The position numbers and the translations under genes were made by a program. The notes below the pieces were generated by a model. The model was not told the origin of the DNA. It made no database searches and worked only from the letters and a program-made list of their open reading frames with translations. Below, one piece after another: positions 44,462 through 53,158 of a DNA stretch of 64,000 nt. The DNA comes from a virus (Duplodnaviria; Heunggongvirae; Uroviricota; Caudoviricetes): positions 19,348 to 83,347 of the IMG/VR virus record IMGVR_UViG_3300033121_000823. One strand, written 5' to 3'. Positions within the stretch are counted from its first letter, which is position 1; every line of letters begins with the position of its first letter.

Positions 44462-45405
44462 TAACCAAGCTCCAATTTAGAGACCGACATCTTATTTGTT
44501 GATGGAGTCTTTACCTTTACTTCACTTAAAGCCTTACTAAGGCTAGCTGTATGATGAGAGGATAAAGACATTTTCTTTGCCGTATCCTTCACATGATATC
44601 CTTCATTAGCTCCAATAATACTGGCGATTGCCTCACATACCAAGTCTGGATTTTCAAGCTTAATTACACGCTCTCCAAAAAGCTTCTTCCAAAAATCATT
44701 AACATCCCTATCATCATAGTAAGACGATAGGTTTGGAATAATAAAGTAGACTTCATACATTTCATGTAATTCATTAACTAAATTTTCCAATTTCATATTT
44801 TCAGCTAAACCGCCAATATGGTCTACAACATACTTAGATGATACATCGCGAGCCTTCTCATCTCCAATAATGAAAAGATATCCTTTCTTTCCACGCTTTT
44901 CCCAAGAATCTAATACTGTTCTACGAGCCATAAAGTACATAGCTAGTTCGTAAGATTCAAACTTTTGCCCGCCACCACCGCCTTCCAAAAATATCTTTCC
45001 CAAATCTTCATCAATACGAACATCGGATTCAAACTGCCCAATCTGGATTGGAACAGTATCACATGTAGCATCTCCAATGCCACCAGTAAGAATTTGCGGG
45101 CCTTCTACATACTTTTGTTCTAAAAGAATAGAAAGAAGTTTTGGAAGCTTTGTTTGCAATGTTCTAGGAACACTACCCATACTGCCGGTAACATCAAATA
45201 ATACTGCGACTGGAGTAGTAATAGGATGCTCGTCGCTGTCTCTCGATTCACGAATTTTCCCCTTAATATTTAGGTCATTATGTAGTGCTGATGCCCTACC
45301 AGCCCTTACATCAACATCATGGGTAAAGCTAGTACTATAGCCACTACTCTTAACTGCTCGCTGTCTTGCGTCATATGCATCGTCTGTCCAATTTCCACCA
45401 CCCAT
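44461..45405 (-). CDS. vWA-domain protein
   Basis: MIDAS-like LFDVTGSMGS; likely true start ATG at 45405 after RBS AGGAGA (track start at 45429 is TTG). Confidence 0.55.
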   Translation of the reverse strand: MGGGNWTDDAYDARQRAVKSSGYSTSFTHDVDVRAGRASALHNDLNIKGKIRESRDSDEHPITTPVAVLFDVTGSMGSVPRTLQTKLPKLLSILLEQKYVEGPQILTGGIGDATCDTVPIQIGQFESDVRIDEDLGKIFLEGGGGGQKFESYELAMYFMARRTVLDSWEKRGKKGYLFIIGDEKARDVSSKYVVDHIGGLAENMKLENLVNELHEMYEVYFIIPNLSSYYDDRDVNDFWKKLFGERVIKLENPDLVCEAIASIIGANEGYHVKDTAKKMSLSSHHTASLSKALSEVKVKTPSTNKMSVSKLELG

Positions 45406-45406
45406 A

Positions 45407-46336
45407 TTAAATCTCCTTATGTAGGTCAACCGTAGAAGTCACGATTGCACCGCTTTCTCCCATATTGAATTGTCTAAAAGTTCTCTTACCAATCTTCTTT
45501 GCTAATACTTCGTTAAACTTATCATGAAGTTCCCACGCGTCATCAGCAACAATAGTTGTCATATCAAGCACGAACTGAATATCTTCCTTCCTTATAAGTT
45601 TTCTTGCTATTTGTTTTACAAGACAAACATCAAAAATTTTGGAAGACATAGTCTTCTTTTCATACTCATCGGAATAATACGCTCTTCCGATGTATTTTTT
45701 CGTCAAATATCTTGGCCGTTCTCCTGACGGAAAAATATTAGACCATCCCAATAAAGTTCCGCCGTGCGTCTCACAATTAATTAAGAAGTGTTCCGGCGTT
45801 AAGTTCGCGGCGACCAAATTCTTACTATGTAAGTAGCCAAGTATTGTCATAAGACGATTAAGCATCCAAGCGGCGTCCCTAATATCTATTCCTCCCGTGT
45901 ATCGTTTTAATACGTCGGCCAGACTACATGTTTTTTCCCTATTAAATACTTGGACCGTTAAGTCAGCTCCATAATTTGTATTAATAGAGAAAGAAGTAAT
46001 GGGTACTGGTAACAGTTTGTCAAAAAATATGTCACCGCGAACCTTATTAAGTGTATCCAGGCCGTCCTTTAAGAATTTATTGGCCGCAGGATGTTTGGCC
46101 ACCTTTACAACTACATCCAAGTTTCCATACACTGTAGTTAGGTCGCCGTCTGTCATCTTATATACTTTGTACGGCCCAATTACAGTTGGATTTTTCCAAC
46201 TTTCATACAGTTCTTGTGTCGACTTGAATAGTTCGGCTGAACCACCATGGTCAGGATGATGCTTTATCTTTAAGTCACGAAAGATTTTATCGGCGTCACC
46301 TTTTCCAAAGACATCACACGGTAATATATACGTCAT
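45407..46336 (-). CDS. J-domain plus protein-kinase-like fusion protein
   Basis: IKHHPDHGG is a J-domain HPD motif; HSKNLVAANLTPEHFLIN is a kinase catalytic-loop-like segment; C-terminal 13 aa encoded by the 40-bp repeat. Confidence 0.4.
   Translation of the reverse strand: MTYILPCDVFGKGDADKIFRDLKIKHHPDHGGSAELFKSTQELYESWKNPTVIGPYKVYKMTDGDLTTVYGNLDVVVKVAKHPAANKFLKDGLDTLNKVRGDIFFDKLLPVPITSFSINTNYGADLTVQVFNREKTCSLADVLKRYTGGIDIRDAAWMLNRLMTILGYLHSKNLVAANLTPEHFLINCETHGGTLLGWSNIFPSGERPRYLTKKYIGRAYYSDEYEKKTMSSKIFDVCLVKQIARKLIRKEDIQFVLDMTTIVADDAWELHDKFNEVLAKKIGKRTFRQFNMGESGAIVTSTVDLHKEI
45421..45460. repeat. 40-bp perfect direct repeat, copy 2 (3' end of J-domain/kinase gene, just upstream of vWA gene RBS)
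   Basis: Identical to 23769..23808; encodes GESGAIVTSTVDL on the minus strand in both contexts. Confidence 0.8.
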
Positions 46337-46480
46337 AAAATTACCTTTTTATTACAATGATTACAAATTATATACTTGTATGATAATGTAAAATATACAT
46401 CCTCAATAACCTCTATTTGAATTTTATTATCAATATTTTTCAAACAAAAATTACATAACATGTTTAAAAATTCCATAGTT

Positions 46481-46678
46481 TTACCATGTTTTTAGCATTA
46501 CACCATTAGAGCAGTTTGGACATGTAATATAGTTATAGCCACTAGGACATCCACTATAATCAGTGTATGTTTGCTTTTTAACGTCATTTGGAACATACTC
46601 TAATGTAGCTCCACAATGTGAGCACACAATACGCTTTACTACACTTTCATGTGGATTTGTACTAACTACTTTAACCAT
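46481..46678 (-). CDS. zinc-ribbon protein
   Basis: CSHCG ... CPNCSNG. Confidence 0.4.
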   Translation of the reverse strand: MVKVVSTNPHESVVKRIVCSHCGATLEYVPNDVKKQTYTDYSGCPSGYNYITCPNCSNGVMLKTW

Positions 46679-46710
46679 GTTTTACTCCTTCTGAAGTTCC
46701 ATATATATTG

Positions 46711-46781
46711 GCGTAGCGAGTAGTCCCGCAGGGAATCGAACCCTAGAAGCCGACTTTATAAGAATCAGCCGTACAACCAGT
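46711..46781 (-). tRNA. tRNA, anticodon probably UAU (Ile-AUA type)
   Basis: Acceptor GGTCCTG/CGGGACT with GU pairs, anticodon stem TGATT/AGTCG with loop CTTATAA, T-arm TAGGG-TTCGATT-CCCTG. Confidence 0.4.
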
Positions 46782-46815
46782 AGCCAGGACCATACTGCCT
46801 TTCGGCAGTTTTAAT

Positions 46816-47160
46816 TTACTTATTACTTGAAATGAAGTTATGTAAATTAATATATAATGTTTTTATTGGGGCAAGAATTAAACTTCTAAGAGAAAGGCAT
46901 TCTTCTTTACTCATAAGTAAATCAAGACAGCCAACAAAGTCAAGTGAGGATTGACATAATGTAGGTAGCTTTACTACATCATTTTCTTCGTCAATACTAA
47001 ACTTATAACATTCTAAGATATCTGCATAGTTATGATAATCCTTCTCACGAAGAAAACCAATCACAATATCTAAAACTTCAATCTGATTTTCCTTGCAAAT
47101 TTGCAATGTACTCATGTTTGTAACATCCTTAAAAAGATAAAGAATTGTAATCCCGAACAA
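46816..47160 (-). CDS. hypothetical protein
   Basis: 114 aa ORF. Confidence 0.4.
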   Translation of the reverse strand: MFGITILYLFKDVTNMSTLQICKENQIEVLDIVIGFLREKDYHNYADILECYKFSIDEENDVVKLPTLCQSSLDFVGCLDLLMSKEECLSLRSLILAPIKTLYINLHNFISSNK

Positions 47161-47276
47161 AATAGCTGAAAAAAGAACAGATACAGATATGAATCATATT
47201 TGGTCTTTTCATAATTATCATATGCTTGAAAGGCAAAGAATAGTGCCATAAACATAAAAGCTAATGACAACAACAT
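47104..47276 (-). CDS. small hydrophobic membrane protein overlapping SPFH stop
   Basis: ATG overlaps TAG of 47278..48105 (TAGTATG); about 57 aa MLLSLAFMFMALFFAF... Confidence 0.3.
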
Positions 47277-47277
47277 A

Positions 47278-48105
47278 CTACTTATCCTTTAAAGGAAGTT
47301 GAATAAATGGAGTTCCATTTGAGCCGCTAACCATAGGCAACTTACCATCCCACTTTTCCATAGCCTTGTAACTTAGAAGTTCCGGCGAAAGACTCTTAGT
47401 AATAGTTTCATTAGCTTGAGCTTCTGCTCGTGCTTTTTCCAAAATTGATTCTGCTTCACCTTTTGCCTTAGCAATTGCTTGTGCTGCTTCAGCTTCAATC
47501 TGCTTAACTTTATTCGCTGCTTCAATAGCTCGCTGCGAACTTTCAATAGTCGCGGAAATAGAATCCTTTACTTTTTCCGAAACTTGAATCTTTCCTACAA
47601 AGGCCAGCATATCAAATGCAAAGCCACGCGGCCCCAATTCTTTGCGTAAATCTGCCAAAACTTCATTAAGTAGAAGTTCACGTTTTTCACCCAACATCTC
47701 TACAGCTTTGTACTTGCCGGCGTGGCGAGTAATAGCGTCACGAACCTTTGAACGCATATAGTAATGTGTAATGTACTTTGCATCTTGTCGTAGTTCCTGA
47801 AAAATCGTTGGAATGAACTTTTCTTCAATACTATAGGATAGTGCCACATCAGCTTTTAGGACTTCACCCTCTGACGAGTTAAATGAAATCGCTTCATCAA
47901 TTGGACTCCCCTCATTAATATCTTCAGTCCAAACTACATTTTGGGTAAATGTAGGGAATTCGTAAATACGAGTTGTCCACTTATTGTAAGGAATACGACC
48001 TCGCAATAGTTCGGACGCAGTTCCCTTATCGCCACCCCAATAATTTACTTTAACACCAACCCAACCGGGCTCAATTGTTTCACAACCAACACTCATAACC
48101 AACAT
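47278..48105 (-). CDS. SPFH/band-7 (HflC/stomatin-like) protein
   Basis: N-terminal TM, SPFH core, C-terminal coiled coil EAEAAQAIAKAKGEAESILEKARAEAQA. Confidence 0.6.
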   Translation of the reverse strand: MLVMSVGCETIEPGWVGVKVNYWGGDKGTASELLRGRIPYNKWTTRIYEFPTFTQNVVWTEDINEGSPIDEAISFNSSEGEVLKADVALSYSIEEKFIPTIFQELRQDAKYITHYYMRSKVRDAITRHAGKYKAVEMLGEKRELLLNEVLADLRKELGPRGFAFDMLAFVGKIQVSEKVKDSISATIESSQRAIEAANKVKQIEAEAAQAIAKAKGEAESILEKARAEAQANETITKSLSPELLSYKAMEKWDGKLPMVSGSNGTPFIQLPLKDK

Positions 48106-48154
48106 ACAGAATACAAAAAACAGTACAATACCACCAACTGCAAACTTAAACTGA

Positions 48155-48340
48155 TTAATCGTTTAGATACTCCTTGAAAAACTTTGGAACGTAATGATAT
48201 AATAAGAGGAACCATACAATTAAGGTTAAAATTCCACCAGTTAGTGCAAAATCCATGGAAGCTGCCATAAAACTGGTAGATACTTCAATAATTAGTGCAG
48301 TCAATAAGACTGTGCCTACTAGGCGAATTAAATGCTTCAT
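48155..48340 (-). CDS. small membrane protein
   Basis: 61 aa with two TM helices. Confidence 0.4.
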   Translation of the reverse strand: MKHLIRLVGTVLLTALIIEVSTSFMAASMDFALTGGILTLIVWFLLLYHYVPKFFKEYLND

Positions 48341-49431
48341 AATACACGAGTTACTTTCTCGGGCGATGCCCGCATTAAGGTTATTGGATTTATGTCAGTC
48401 TCTCCATTGTCGTACTTCGTCTTAGCCTCGAATAGGAAGTTATTGAAAGGACAATCCTTTATTGCCAACGCAAACTTCTTTCGCGACTTTTCATCCTTAA
48501 AACAGAACCAATGATTAGACATTGTTTCCATTATTTTTTGAAGTTTTTCCTCTAAGGCTCGTGCCTGCTTCTCAACATATGGAAAATAACATATTACTTC
48601 ATCAAGTTCTCCATTCAATATATATTCGATTAAACGTGATTCCGACTGTATATTCCCATTGTTTGCCATCCGGTGGAGCATTAAGTAGGTGGAATTTTTC
48701 ATCTTGAACCGCAAATTATTGCGGTCGCGAAGAACAAACCCCTCAAAAGTTTTATCCGTTCGCTCTAGATTTGCTATGAACGCCTCAACATCCATGATAT
48801 CGCCGAAAGAATATTCTTCAGGCATCTCCACACCTATTTCTTTTCCTATTACTTTTGTGATTGGATGAAGTAATTCAACTTCTCCATCAAATACCGTTAA
48901 TAGGAAAAGAGATGGTGTATTGTATAGGCGAACAACTTGATTATATCGCGAACACAATTCAAAGACATATGTCTTCGTTTTTTCCAATCGTTGGAAGAAG
49001 TTTTCCGGGGCGGCTAACATAAATAGTTGTCGCCACGTTATAAAATCATTTACATTCCTGCCGCCAAAACTTCCACGCGTTTGTACGTGCCATTCTCCAT
49101 TCCAATAGTAAACTACGATATACGAGCCATCTTCCTTGAAAGTTGCTACGCTTTCCTCAAACTGAAATTTCTTCATTTCATTAGGATATTCACCCCAATT
49201 AAAGAAACGGTAAAAACCGCGAGCACATAATGACCAATCTTTGGAATCTAGAGTAAGTGCCCGACATTCACGAACTATCGGCTCAAACTTCATCTTAGAG
49301 GAAGCTATTTGGCCATAGTTGAGGATTACTCGACTATCCGTTGGATGCTTTATAGCATTTATTCCATAATAATGGTTTAAAAGAGATAAGTCTCCATTAT
49401 TCTTTATTAGAAACTTTTGAACGTCGAGCAT
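48337..49431 (-). CDS. RNA ligase 1 (Rnl1-like)
   Basis: FKEDGSYIVVYYWNGEWHVQTRGS aligns with T4 Rnl1 [24 protein letters not shown] around Lys99. Confidence 0.65.
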   Translation of the reverse strand: MLDVQKFLIKNNGDLSLLNHYYGINAIKHPTDSRVILNYGQIASSKMKFEPIVRECRALTLDSKDWSLCARGFYRFFNWGEYPNEMKKFQFEESVATFKEDGSYIVVYYWNGEWHVQTRGSFGGRNVNDFITWRQLFMLAAPENFFQRLEKTKTYVFELCSRYNQVVRLYNTPSLFLLTVFDGEVELLHPITKVIGKEIGVEMPEEYSFGDIMDVEAFIANLERTDKTFEGFVLRDRNNLRFKMKNSTYLMLHRMANNGNIQSESRLIEYILNGELDEVICYFPYVEKQARALEEKLQKIMETMSNHWFCFKDEKSRKKFALAIKDCPFNNFLFEAKTKYDNGETDINPITLMRASPEKVTRVL

Positions 49432-49688
49432 TATTCCTCAACCTTAATCAAAAGTGAATCTTCAGTAGGTTGCGACACAGTCAATCCAAAAGAAGTTAAC
49501 TCAACATGAACACGACTAATAATGTCAAGATTGTCATGATAAAAGGTGAATGTTGGGGCTTCGCCACAACCATCCCACTTTTCAATCTTTTCATATAATT
49601 GGTCATATAGTTCTGACGCGATAGCGTTACATTGCATACCAAATGCCACTCTCCGTTCTTTAACCAATTCTTTAATATCTTTATCCAT
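49431..49688 (-). CDS. hypothetical protein
   Basis: 85 aa ORF. Confidence 0.35.
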   Translation of the reverse strand: MDKDIKELVKERRVAFGMQCNAIASELYDQLYEKIEKWDGCGEAPTFTFYHDNLDIISRVHVELTSFGLTVSQPTEDSLLIKVEE

Positions 49689-49696
49689 TTTTACCT

Positions 49697-50047
49697 CTAA
49701 TCAGATGAGTCTACATCCCAAATTTTTCCACACACTGTACAAATAAGACGATTATAGCATCGTCCTAAATTTTCCAAATGAACATAGTTATGTCCAGGAC
49801 ATGACTCTTCGTTAGGAATAATTCCACTTCCATGGCATGAAGTACATATACAGCGGAAGTGACTATGTAAGTGACGATTTTTCGAAGTATTCTTATACCG
49901 TCCTTTAATTCGATATGCATTTATGCGAAGATTCCACCCGCCATATCCGCGGCATACATGGCACACCTTATGTGTATGTGGAATTTTAAGGCGACGAATT
50001 GGAAAATCTAAAAAGGCATCTTTATCATTTGGAGTTAGATACTTCAT
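49697..50047 (-). CDS. Cys/His-rich zinc-binding protein
   Basis: CHVCRGYGGW ... CTSCHGSG ... CTVCG. Confidence 0.4.
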   Translation of the reverse strand: MKYLTPNDKDAFLDFPIRRLKIPHTHKVCHVCRGYGGWNLRINAYRIKGRYKNTSKNRHLHSHFRCICTSCHGSGIIPNEESCPGHNYVHLENLGRCYNRLICTVCGKIWDVDSSD

Positions 50048-50508
50048 AACAAATTCCTATGTTTACTTACCACTGATGAAATTTCTTCAAAAGCTCGCCT
50101 ATACGCATCTTCCTTAGGAACTATTTGTTTTAAGTCTCCATAGTGCATCTCAATACATTGAAAGAGAAGGTCTTTAATTTCAGCTTCTCGTGGAACGTAT
50201 GGAAGAGTACTTTCTTGATAAGCCTTTTCAAGGCGTTTTTCCGATTCCTTAAAAAATTCTCTAATCCAATTTTCTCCCACATCACCACGGCGAATTGCCT
50301 TCATTAGTTCTTTAGCTCTGGTTAAGTCTATTGTTCCAAGAGTAAGAATTTGTTCAACTTCGTCGAGTAAGCGAACTACGTGGTATAAAAATTTTACATC
50401 TGTCATGTATATTTTTCTAGATTCAAATCTTTTTGATTTTTTCATACCTTTATTAAAAAGAAGGTAATATTCTATTAATTCATTATCCGTTAAATTTTGC
50501 AAGCTCAT
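50044..50508 (-). CDS. hypothetical protein
   Basis: 154 aa helical ORF. Confidence 0.4.
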   Translation of the reverse strand: MSLQNLTDNELIEYYLLFNKGMKKSKRFESRKIYMTDVKFLYHVVRLLDEVEQILTLGTIDLTRAKELMKAIRRGDVGENWIREFFKESEKRLEKAYQESTLPYVPREAEIKDLLFQCIEMHYGDLKQIVPKEDAYRRAFEEISSVVSKHRNLL

Positions 50509-51094
50509 ATTTAGCTACCTTCATACATAAATCTTTAAAATCTTGATTATTATAAACATTTTTTAATTTATTAATATCTTTATGAACCCACTGAACATTC
50601 CCTTCAATATAACCTAATTTTGAATCTATTCTATCAAGAGATGCGGTATGATTACTTAAGCTTAAAGAAATATCTTCTCCAGATAAAGCACATTTTTTAT
50701 TTTGTTTTAAATATAGTTCATAAATATATTTTTCTGTAATTTCAAATATAATATATCTCTGTTTTGCATTTGAAAAAATAGAACGAAAATATGTTTTTGT
50801 TAGTTCTTTATATCCTTGAAAGTTTCTTTTAGATTGTATGCCCTTTTTACAACCACATGTTTTAGTTTTTCCATTCCTTAAATCACTTCCACATGCTATA
50901 AAAATTTTCCCACAAATGCACTTACATTCCCAATATGCTAAATTTCTTGCCCGTTTTGTTTTAAAGGTTTCTGGAGCAATAACTTTTCTTATGACTATAC
51001 AACTTCCATAACTTTTACCAGTTTCGTTCTTTAAATTAGATGCTTCTTTTTTCTTTTTTGTTTTCATGTATATCTCCTTTGTATAGAGATACAC
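50483..51094 (-). CDS. Mob-like HNH homing endonuclease paralog
   Basis: CKCICG...CGC and ASLDRIDSKLGYIEGNVQWVHKDINKLK. Confidence 0.5.
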   Translation of the reverse strand: MYLYTKEIYMKTKKKKEASNLKNETGKSYGSCIVIRKVIAPETFKTKRARNLAYWECKCICGKIFIACGSDLRNGKTKTCGCKKGIQSKRNFQGYKELTKTYFRSIFSNAKQRYIIFEITEKYIYELYLKQNKKCALSGEDISLSLSNHTASLDRIDSKLGYIEGNVQWVHKDINKLKNVYNNQDFKDLCMKVAKYELAKFNG

Positions 51095-51110
51095 CGTTTA
51101 GGTTATGATA

Positions 51111-51728
51111 TTAATCTTTGACTACGATATTTCGTCTATTTATTTCATTTTTAATATCTTGTAGAGTTGTTTTGTGAGAAACGCCTAATCTTTTTTCAAG
51201 ATTGTGTATTTCTTTTATTTCTTCCATATCTTTAGTACTAGAAGCTTTATGAATTTGCGAAAATGCGTAACCTTTAAACGAGTGCCATGCTTTCTTACTT
51301 AGGAATAAGTCCCTTCTTTCCCTAACTAGATTTCCGACCTGAGTAGAATGGATAACACACTCCAATGGAGTGTATAACGAGTCAACCATGTTGGGATTGC
51401 ACTCGGAAGCTAAGGCAAAGTAGTCAACAATATTGTATATCGTGACATCATACTGCTTATCTTCATCCTGAATGTGATGAAGTTGATAGGAAGAGAAACG
51501 ATTATTCAATGTACGCCACTTTCCAAAACCGACAAGTTGTCGGTCAAGATGTGGGAATAGTTCACTTTTTGGAGGGATACAAAATCCATATATGTCGACG
51601 TCTGACCCACCATTACTTACATGGTAGGCTTGACTGCCCATAATTGTTAGGTAATGAATATTATCAACTATCCATGCTTCGCATCCCGGCAGTAACTTCT
51701 TATCATATAACCGTTTAATCAAATTCAC
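51111..51728 (-). CDS. Pol-beta-superfamily nucleotidyltransferase, unknown substrate
   Basis: GSQAYHVSNGGSDVDIYG fits the GS-x9-DxD minimal NTase motif. Confidence 0.45.
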   Translation of the reverse strand: MNLIKRLYDKKLLPGCEAWIVDNIHYLTIMGSQAYHVSNGGSDVDIYGFCIPPKSELFPHLDRQLVGFGKWRTLNNRFSSYQLHHIQDEDKQYDVTIYNIVDYFALASECNPNMVDSLYTPLECVIHSTQVGNLVRERRDLFLSKKAWHSFKGYAFSQIHKASSTKDMEEIKEIHNLEKRLGVSHKTTLQDIKNEINRRNIVVKD

Positions 51729-52179
51729 ACAATACCTCGCTTAAATCAATTTCTAGTTCACTTTCTATAAATGGAACATAAATAGCACGTTCAAATGTAT
51801 CATTCCATTGGTCTTCATTGAGGCATTGGATAAAAAATTCATCCAACAATCCATCATCAATATCTAAGATTTCCATACATATTCTATGTCTTGCAGCATA
51901 CTCTTTACAGTCTAACTTTCCTTCAGCATCATACGTTTCGCCTTCGTAAAGGAAGGCAAAATGCCAAGATGATTGAGGAACATCATTGAAAGTACCAGCA
52001 ATCCACTTCTTATTACATTCAATTGGATATTCAGTTGACGCAAACTGAATTACCTTGAATGATGACATGTCACAGCCATTCTTTTCCAAGTAAAGATAGG
52101 CGGCGTATACACCTACTAAGCAGCCACCATTATTAATTGTTGGAATTTGAGATGTTACTTTGAAGAAGTTATAGAGCAT
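51715..52179 (-). CDS. hypothetical protein
   Basis: 154 aa ORF. Confidence 0.4.
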   Translation of the reverse strand: MLYNFFKVTSQIPTINNGGCLVGVYAAYLYLEKNGCDMSSFKVIQFASTEYPIECNKKWIAGTFNDVPQSSWHFAFLYEGETYDAEGKLDCKEYAARHRICMEILDIDDGLLDEFFIQCLNEDQWNDTFERAIYVPFIESELEIDLSEVLCEFD

Positions 52180-52182
52180 ACT

Positions 52183-52443
52183 CTACTCCGTAATATTCCA
52201 AGCTTTCTTAATTTTGGAAACCGTATCTTCATCAACATGTTGAATCAAATAACATTGGTCTAGAAATGCCTCATTAGAGCCTCCAGATTTATGGACACCA
52301 CCATCTGTCATATCTAAGAATGTAACTACATCAAAACCATAGTCAGCATCAAAATGTGTTTCCTTAATACAGACACATACGTCCATACCGTAGGAATCGC
52401 CAGTCAATACTACATCGCCGACTTTACAGTTATAAAGGTTCAC
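52183..52443 (-). CDS. hypothetical protein (TAG stop, same frame as next gene)
   Basis: 86 aa ORF. Confidence 0.4.
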   Translation of the reverse strand: MNLYNCKVGDVVLTGDSYGMDVCVCIKETHFDADYGFDVVTFLDMTDGGVHKSGGSNEAFLDQCYLIQHVDEDTVSKIKKAWNITE

Positions 52444-52585
52444 TTTTTTGCCCTTCTATTTGAAATCACTTTTAATCAACATTCTATGTTCCTAAAGCAT
52501 ACGAAAATATTTTTCGAAATAAAAAGTGCCCGGAGGTTCCGCCATTATACTTGGAAGGAACCTACCGGGCAAGGGGTCAGAAAAA

Positions 52586-53158
52586 TCAGCAACTGCATGT
52601 GAAGAACGAGCCGCCACCGTCCTTATTCTCGTACTTTGTTCCCTTAATTCCATCTAACTCATTATAGTGAGTCCAAAATTCGTCGGGAACAGATTCACCA
52701 TCAAAGCGTGGGCCGTGATTTACGTAATCCCCATATTCAACATATCGCTTTCCATACTCGACAACCTCATCAAAATCCATTCCATAACATGCTGCCCATT
52801 TGGTAATCCAGCCAATATGGCTATCCTCATATCTTTTTTCTAGTTTTTTAGAATATGAATCATGGTCGAAAGAGTCATGTTCCCATGCATGGCGTAATGA
52901 AGAGATACTACCGGGATACAAACAAAGGAGGCACGTATCGTCATACGTTTTATCCTTCTCAAATGGATTAACTACTGCTACGTGAGGTCTAAATGAACAT
53001 GAGACATAGTATGTTCCGTCAATTTTCTTAATGCCAACATGGTCACCGGGCCATACAGGTTCACGAACCTTAGCAACAATGACCGCAATATGTAGAGCAT
53101 CTCTTACGCCAACATCCTCATCAGTCAACTTTTTCAAAAATAGATTATCCTGCGACAT
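52586..53158 (-). CDS. hypothetical protein
   Basis: 190 aa ORF. Confidence 0.4.
   Translation of the reverse strand: MSQDNLFLKKLTDEDVGVRDALHIAVIVAKVREPVWPGDHVGIKKIDGTYYVSCSFRPHVAVVNPFEKDKTYDDTCLLCLYPGSISSLRHAWEHDSFDHDSYSKKLEKRYEDSHIGWITKWAACYGMDFDEVVEYGKRYVEYGDYVNHGPRFDGESVPDEFWTHYNELDGIKGTKYENKDGGGSFFTCSC

Noticed and set aside
45427-45429. Track start of the vWA ORF at 45429
   Set aside because: Codon 45427..45429 is TTG. The in-frame ATG at 45405 is preceded by AGGAGA at correct spacing, so the extension is likely not translated.
47161-47277. In-frame extension after the TAG stop of the SPFH gene (YVVVISFYVYGTILCLSSI then TGA)
   Set aside because: The stretch is better explained as the start of an overlapping small membrane ORF in another frame (TAGTATG junction). 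There is no support for programmed read-through there.
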